From Octopus sinensis (Eukaryota): DNA of 64,000 bases. The notes beneath the pieces are model-generated. The model was not told the origin of the DNA, ran no database searches, and worked only from the letters and a program-made list of their open reading frames with translations. Shown here one piece after another: positions 56,951-64,000 of the stretch. The stretch's first letter is position 1. Every line of letters starts with the position of its first letter. The translations under genes and the position numbers were made by a program. The DNA is taken from NCBI RefSeq assembly GCF_006345805.1, contig NC_043002.1:15562001-15626000 (forward strand), given 5' to 3'.

Positions 56951-58007
56951 GGATAATTTAGTTATAAGTTTATCAGATAAATAGACATTGCCAGGAACTT
57001 AATACAATAATGGGATTAAATGATTGCCGATAAATGATAGAGGATGTTATCTTCGAATTGTCTCAACCTACATGTATAAGCATATATGTAATCCTACGTA
57101 CTTTTTAAAGCATAATATATTGTAATACTTGGTCTAGGTCGCAACAAAAATATGAAATGTGGTTAAATTCATATATTAATAACGATTAATAACTCCGAGA
57201 CGTGTTAGTAAGATATTATAGATAAACAAATGAAACAGCCAGTTTCGTTGAGATAGTAATAAGGTTTACTCTGAACAATTATGAAAATAAATACATAGTA
57301 TTATTCATATAGTAAATTGATGTCAATTAGGTTATGAATATTAAATGAGATGATGCAGAATGGTGTATGAATATGTAGATTTAGAATTATAATGATATTT
57401 AATACAGTGTTCGGGAATATAGGTTACATAACGTTTCAAAGGATCAGTGATATAAAACAGATTTTTGTCTGAGTATAAGATGTGAAATCGTACCAGGCGT
57501 GTCTTCTGATAGCTGCGAGTGTAACAGCGTCAGGGTGGGGTCGTCTGCAAACCAAGAAATAATTAGTAAGGAACCAGCCTAATCGTGACACTTAAGAAAT
57601 GCCTAGTACAACGAAATTCACTTATGTCGAGTAAAAGTGGAGACAGAGATCTCACGATAATAGATTTAAGATGGGGTAGATTTTAGTTTTCATTTTCACT
57701 ACACCAAAGTGAGCCGCAGTATTAATTGTAATATGATTTTGCCGAAGCATCACTACTCCAGAATTAGAACAGAATGCTCACTTTTATGGAGTTACGATTA
57801 CATGTGGTGAACATGGCGACTGACAGTAATTATGGCACACGTATGTCGAGAAATTAATCAGGTAATTAATAAATGCGTCGAACTCAATTAAAAGGATTAT
57901 GTAATGAAGTACATAGCAAATTTTAGAGGTGCAGAGTGTGGGGATACAGAATAAGTAGAAATATTTGCACTATAATGCAGATTAATGCACATGTTCCGTG
58001 AGCTAAT

Positions 58008-58136
58008 ATTCTTTTCTGCTCTAGGGCTAAGACCCGAAATTTTGTGGGAGGGACCCAGTCGATTAGATTGACGCCAGTAAGCAACTGGTACTTAATTTAT
58101 CGACCCCGAAAGGATGAAAGGCAAAGTCGACCTCAC
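58008..58136 (-). mobile_element. Family A SINE (tail variant 2), 5'-truncated
   Basis: ctggtacttaatttatcgaccccgaaaggatgaaaggcaaagtcgacctc. Confidence 0.8.
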
Positions 58137-58327
58137 TGAGCTGATATTTTATTGTATCTATGTTCTTTCAAATATTTCTCGAATGCTTACCAATCACATT
58201 TTTACACTTAATGATACACGTTAAGGAATGGAGGGAAGGTGAAACACTGGTACAAAGGCAGATATAAAACACACGCCATATAGCACGCACACACACACAT
58301 AAACATGCTTATCTATATCTTTCTCTA

Positions 58328-58376
<49 letters not shown>

Positions 58377-58385
58377 GTGTCTGTG

Positions 58386-58600
58386 AGGTGGTTCCGAAAA
58401 GTTCCTGGCTATAAGGGTATCGATGAAAGCGTGGCTGGAGGCTCAACATTCCAAGCTCTTTCACGGGGCGTAGGAAAACTGAAGGACCGCTACACTAAAT
58501 GAGTGTATCTGAGAGAGGAATATGTTGAACAGAGCCATAGCAAACGAATCCGATTGCATTTTATTTTAACCACACCCAGGAACATTTCAACACTCTCTAG
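58386..58600 (+). mobile_element. Short mariner derivative (MITE-like)
   Basis: TIR-like gaggtggttccgaaaagttcctgg and ccaggaacatttcaacactctc. The internal GKLKDRYTK*VYLREEYVE matches the mariner C-terminus. Confidence 0.65.
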
Positions 58601-59518
58601 TATAAATAGTGTTTAAAAATTTCCATTTACGATATTAACTCACAAGGCATTTATTTTCTTTGCATTATAGTATGGACCACTTGCTAGGTTGGAGTAACGA
58701 AAAGCGATAATAAATTCTGTAAGCATTACACATATATGTAATAAAACTATGTATCGAAACTGCGCATATGCAGAGTATCCTGCATATGCGCGGGTGTGAA
58801 TCCGCTTTTTTCTTTGCTTGAGTAAATATGCTTCTACTGAAAGAATTAATATTATCTGGTACAAGTGTAAATGTAATCTACAAATATGTTTCTATGTGCG
58901 CATATACATATATGTTCATGTGTGTGCTTGTTTATTAGCATCCACATATACACATATGTATGATGAACGTTTATATATATATATATATATATATATGTTA
59001 TGCCCATATATAAGATTTATAATTATATTTCTCTGTATTTGTTGCATAAGTTATTCTACTTCGTTATTCAGTGCCTATAAAACTCATTGGGTATTTACCC
59101 TAGACTGAATTTAATCTTTGTCTCCTGCTGTGTTATCACTATAGTTTATAATATATCGTATTCCGTTGTATTTACTCGTTTAGTGTTGTTTTTTCTCTTT
59201 CCCATTTATGGTTTTCTCATCATTCTAAAGAAAAATAGATTTCTACATTGTATATCTTATTTATATTGATTATTCTAGGGAATCATTGAAGTCGTGAAGT
59301 GTGAATTACAATCGATGCGAGGATTGTCGGGTTTGAACGAAGTCCAATAAATAGGGGTATTGTTTTTCCTTATACATTAGGTATATATATTTATTCATTT
59401 CTGGGGAGAAAATTTGAAAACGTTAATTCTTCGAACAACAGAGCCTCACAAATTTCCTTTTACTTTTATTATGCAATTTACGAACTACGTCATCTTCTTT
59501 AGAAATAATCTACGGGTA

Positions 59519-59531
59519 TATGTATATATCT

Positions 59532-59612
<81 letters not shown>

Positions 59613-59619
59613 CCCGTAG

Positions 59620-59650
<31 letters not shown>

Positions 59651-59659
59651 ATATATATA

Positions 59660-59704
<45 letters not shown>
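59519..59704. repeat. (TA)n microsatellite, insertion site of the 490-nt array
   Basis: Direct reading. Confidence 0.95.
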
Positions 59705-59705
<1 letters not shown>

Positions 59706-59930
59706 ATTAATCAATATAGGGTGGCAAAAAAAATTTTGTAGATTTTTTTGCCACCAGCGGCCTAGTGGGAAAAAATTAAATAGTCATAGACCATTTTTAA
59801 GTTCAACATCAACAATCAAGGAACGGCCATAATAGGCCATTCACCCACTAGAAATAACAGCCAAAGCTTCAACCGCAAATAAAAATTAATTCCGTAAACC
59901 AGGAGAAAATTTTAAAACATTTACCCTGTA

Positions 59931-60037
59931 ATTTCTTATACGATGCACCGTTTCATCTGCTGTTTAATGGTAAACTAACCTGATTAAATTAAATCAAGCC
60001 AATCTTCCATAGGCCCTCAGATTCTTCAGTAAGATAT
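59931..60037 (-). ncRNA. Type I hammerhead ribozyme, unit 1
   Basis: Core and stems II/III are identical to the other copies. Stem I has one mismatch (auaucuua vs uaagaaau). Confidence 0.8.
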
Positions 60038-60420
60038 AGCCCAACTCGGAACAGACATTTTCACGAGGCATTTCCGACCCTGCCAAGGTAATATCTGACC
60101 TAAAATTTTCAAATCGTCGCACTCGCGCCAAATTTATCGGCAGCAAATAAATATAAGCCGTCAATTCCATTACGGAATTAACCAGAAAATTCATAATTAA
60201 TCAATATAGGGTGGCAAAAAAAATTTTGTAGAATTTTTTTGCCACCAGCGGCCTATTGGGAAAAAATTAAATAGTCATAGGCCATTTTTAAGTTCAACAT
60301 CAACAAATAGGAACGGCCATAATAGGCCATTCACCTACTAGAAATAACAGCCAAAGCTTCAACCGCAAATAAAAATTAATTCCGTAAACCAGGAGAAAAT
60401 TTAAAAACATTTACCCTGTA

Positions 60421-60527
60421 ATTTCTTATACGATGCACCGTTTCATCTGCTGTTTAATGGTAAACTAACCTGATTAAATTAAATCAAGCCAATCTTCCAT
60501 AGGCCCTCAGATTCTTCAGTAAGAAAT
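60421..60527 (-). ncRNA. Type I hammerhead ribozyme, unit 2
   Basis: AUUUCUUA-CUGAAGA-AUCUG...CAGAU-GAAA-CG(gugcau)CG-UA-UAAGAAAU. Confidence 0.85.
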
Positions 60528-60911
60528 AGCCCAAGTCGGAACAGATATTTTCACGAGGCATTTCCGACCCTGCCAAGGTAATATCTGACCTACAATTTTC
60601 AAATCGTCGCACTCGCGCCAAATTTATCGGCAGCAAATAAATATAAGCCGTCGATTCCATTACGAAATTAACCAGAAAATTCATAATTAATCAATATAGG
60701 GTGGCAAAAAAAATTTTGTAGAATTTTTTTGCCACCAGCGGCCTAGTGGGAAAAAATTAAATAGTCATAGACCATTTTTAAGTTCAACATCAACAATCAA
60801 GGAACGGCCATAATAGGCCATTCACCCACTAGAAATAACAGCCAAAGCTTCAACCGCAAATAAAAATTAATTCCGTAAACCTGGAGAACATTTAAAAACA
60901 TTTACCCTGGA

Positions 60912-61018
60912 ATTTCTTATACGATGCACCGTTTCATCTGCTGTTTAATGGTAAACTAACCTGATTAAATTAAATCAAGCCAATCTTCCATAGGCCCTCA
61001 GATTCTTCAGTAAGAAAT
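60912..61018 (-). ncRNA. Type I hammerhead ribozyme, unit 3
   Basis: Identical to the unit 2 motif. Confidence 0.85.
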
Positions 61019-61069
61019 AGCCCAAGTCGGAACAGGTATTTTCACGAGGCATTTCCGACCCTGCCAAGT

Positions 61070-61519
61070 CACTAGGCCGCTGGTGGCAAAAAAATTCTAT
61101 AAAATTTTTTTTTGGCACCCTATATTGATTAATTATGAATTTTCTGGTTAATTCCGTAATGGAATCGACGGCTTATATTTATTTGCTGCCGATAAATTTG
61201 GCGCGAGTGCGACGATTTGAAAATTTTAGGTCAGATATTACCTTGGCAGGGTCGGAAATGCCTCGTGAAAATATCTGTTCCGACTTGGGCTATTTCTTAC
61301 TGAAGAATCTGAGGGCCTATGGAAGATTGGCTTGATTTAATTTAATCAGGTTAGTTTACCATTAAACAGCAGATGAAACGGTGCATCGTATAAGAAATTA
61401 CAGGGTAAATGTTTTTAAATGTTCTCCTGGTTTACGGAATTAATTTTTATTTGCGGTTGAAGCTTTGGCTGTTATTTCTAGTGGGTGAATGGCCTATTAT
61501 GGCCGTTCCTTGATTGTTG

Positions 61520-61521
<2 letters not shown>
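61070..61521 (+). mobile_element. Inverted copy of the 490-nt unit, spanning the unit junction
   Basis: Reverse complement of unit positions ~109-490 plus 1-68; ends in (TA)n at 61521. Confidence 0.9.
61292..61398 (+). ncRNA. Type I hammerhead ribozyme in the inverted copy
   Basis: Stem I 61292-61299/61391-61398, CUGAAGA 61300-61306, stem II 61307-61311/61370-61374, GAAA 61375-61378, stem III ACG/CGU. Predicted cleavage after A61390 (GUA). Confidence 0.85.
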
Positions 61522-61556
<35 letters not shown>

Positions 61557-61755
61557 ATATATATTATGCATACACAAAGATATGCATTCAACGCAAAAAT
61601 AGATGAGATGTCGGTCCCAATGATGACATTGACGGATTTGTTTGAAGGAGGAAAATTGTCTCCTGTGATTGTTTCGGGTGTTAAATGACATTCTATGACC
61701 GAATGTACACGAGCGTGGTAAATATAACTTTATACGAATTATATATATATGTATA

Positions 61756-61809
<54 letters not shown>

Positions 61810-61812
61810 TAT

Positions 61813-61894
<82 letters not shown>

Positions 61895-61927
61895 TAGATA
61901 TAGATATAGATATATATATATATAGAT

Positions 61928-61967
<40 letters not shown>

Positions 61968-62186
61968 TTAAATGTTAATTTCATATAAGCTTAAAGCTGG
62001 TGGTGATCAGCGTGCAATAACTAAGGAAAATAGTCTAATAAAGGGGCATATATGCCCTCGTCAGAAAAAGGAAAACTTCTCTAAACGCGTGGGATTCGAA
62101 CCCATATTATCCCCTTGCTAAATGAGTTACCTTTATTCGCTCCATTATACACACACACACATACACACACACACCACACACACACA

Positions 62187-62257
<71 letters not shown>

Positions 62258-62262
62258 ATATA

Positions 62263-62590
62263 GGGGCGCTCACTCGGTTACGCCGACGAGCGTCCCAGCT
62301 AATGCGATCAGTGGAACTGTTTGCTCGTGAAGTTAACGTGCAAGTGGCTGAGCACTCTATGTGTACCCTTAAAGAAGTTCTCATGAAGATTAGATTTAGC
62401 GTGACACAGAGTGTGAAGTGGCTGACCCTTAGAAATACAGTTACTACTAATTTTTGCCAGCTGAGTGAACTGGAGCAATGTGAAATAAAGTGTCTTGCTC
62501 AAGAACACAACTCGGCGCCGGGAATGGAACTCACGACCCTACGATCGTGAGTCGAATAGCTATCAACTAAGACTCTCAACTAAGCCAGGC
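62263..62590 (-). mobile_element. tRNA-derived SINE, family C middle with family E-type 3' tail
   Basis: The minus strand reads B box gtgagttccattccc, cttgagcaagacactttatttcacattgctccagttcactcagctggcaaaaa, then the tail ttcacgagcaaacagttcc...cgtaaccgagtgagcgccc. Confidence 0.75.
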
Positions 62591-62814
62591 GACTTCCCTA
62601 TATATATAAATGTGCGTGCGTGTGTGTTTGTGCCTGTGTGTAAATGTGTGTATGTGAGTGCTTGTTTGTGTGTGTGTGTTTACAAAACTTTATACTAAGC
62701 TGCAAAATCATCACAATAACTGTCACACTGACTTTCCCGTCCCATTTGTCGGATAGTATTCGAATACCGCAACATAATTTGAGAACTGTATCATCTTTAG
62801 AAATAATCTACGCA

Positions 62815-62900
<86 letters not shown>

Positions 62901-62904
<4 letters not shown>

Positions 62905-62982
62905 GCATATATGCATATATATATAAGTCTGCCTTCGGTATTCGAATACTATACTTCCACCTTGCTTTGTATTTATGCGTTT

Positions 62983-63034
<52 letters not shown>

Positions 63035-63112
63035 AAATGCATAAATACAAAGCAAGGTGGAAGTATAGTATTCGAATACCGAAGGCAGACTTATATATAT
63101 ATGCATATATGC

Positions 63113-63116
<4 letters not shown>
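62901..63116. repeat. Near-perfect 216-bp palindrome between (TA)n tracts
   Basis: The arms mirror around ~63009-63010, with one substitution (gcgttt/gcattt) and (AC)10 vs (GT)9. Confidence 0.9.
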
Positions 63117-63173
<57 letters not shown>

Positions 63174-64000
63174 TGCGAATAACGATCAGCTTTCTAAGCT
63201 ACGATTTGAACCCTAATCTAGAAGTTCCTCTTCGTATTGTTTTCGCCATTTGCATTAGTAGATTAATGAGAATAACCTGAGGAATAATCCTTGTCATTTT
63301 TTTTTTTTTTGAAATATGAAGACTATAAAAACGTAGCAGCAAATAATCTCTTTCTGTTCGCTCATTCAGCGTCCACAAAGAACTCATATTTTTCTTTCTT
63401 CCTTCTTCCAATACCGATGGAAAAGCAAAACCTTCATGCGTGGACAACACCCTGCTTATACTCTTTACATTATTTATATTTCAAGATAGCCAGAAATGTT
63501 CCTGAAAATAAATGATTTGGTATCTTCTGCAAATGTATTCTATCGTTACTGATGAATTGTGTTTCATTGATAACTTCATTTACTGTTCGTCAATATCATT
63601 TCCAATCACGCTGTGAAGCGACAACTTCTTAAGAAACCCCGAATAGTAATACCTCGCTTTAATTGGTTTCACTATCTGCCTTCTCAGATGACATAGCACC
63701 CAAGTCACATTTTCACTCAATCGGCTAAACCTTCTGTAAATATATCAACACTGACCGGTTAGCTTATCTATAAAGCGTATCTGACAGAAAAAAAATTTAC
63801 TTTTATGCATTTAAATATTAATTCACTTGAAAATATCTCTATTATCTATGTGGATATACAAAAGTGCTTGTGTGATAGGATTTTGAGGCGTTTGCACCGC
63901 CATGAAATTATTTAATGATTAAATACGTCACTTCGCGTTTTGAGAAAAATTGTACTGAAGTCACTCATTTCAGCATATATCAACACATAATTTGTGTGGC

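Larger units (their letters stand above)
59703..61068 (-). mobile_element. Tandem array of a 490-nt hammerhead-bearing unit (2 full + 1 partial copies), retrozyme / Penelope-pLTR-like
   Basis: Units start ataattaatcaatataggg at 59703, 60193 and 60683. The copies differ only at scattered single positions, and each contains a hammerhead on the - strand. Confidence 0.85.

Noticed and set aside
59703-61068. Possible CRISPR or centromeric satellite interpretation of the tandem array
   Set aside because: There is no repeat-spacer alternation, the context is eukaryotic, there are fewer than three full units, and dispersed relatives plus the ribozyme point to a retroelement.
59994-61335. 66-aa ORF (MNFLVNSVME...) repeated three times in the 490-nt array
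   Set aside because: No recognisable domain. It is kept open simply because the copies are nearly identical, and it overlaps the ribozyme. It is noted only because it would lie intact on a circular monomer.

Overview
This is AT-rich, microsatellite-dense eukaryotic DNA with no convincing host protein-coding gene. Most predicted ORFs are translated simple repeats. The repeat content (abundant tRNA-derived SINE families, long (TA)n/(TTA)n/(CA)n tracts) looks like an Octopus genome; that is an inference from pattern recognition, not a database result. Recognisable fossils are two R4/Dong-type RLE LINE remnants, a near-intact 3' half of a CR1 LINE plus an old copy, several mariner remnants, two hAT transposase remnants, a Chapaev3-like transposase remnant and more than 20 SINE or SINE-like copies. 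The standout feature is a 1.8-kb array at 59703-61521: about 2.8 head-to-tail copies of a 490-nt non-coding unit plus an inverted copy, sitting between (TA)n tracts. Each of the four copies carries a type I hammerhead ribozyme fold (8-bp stem I, with one mismatch in unit 1; CUGAAGA core; long stem II; GAAA; stem III; GUA cleavage triplet). This is a retrozyme / Penelope-pLTR-like architecture. Diverged relatives and other families in the window repeat the same '(TA)n - inverted arm - element - (TA)n' design. One of them has a copy of nearby genomic DNA captured between its arms, and several carry minimal or degenerate hammerhead-like motifs.
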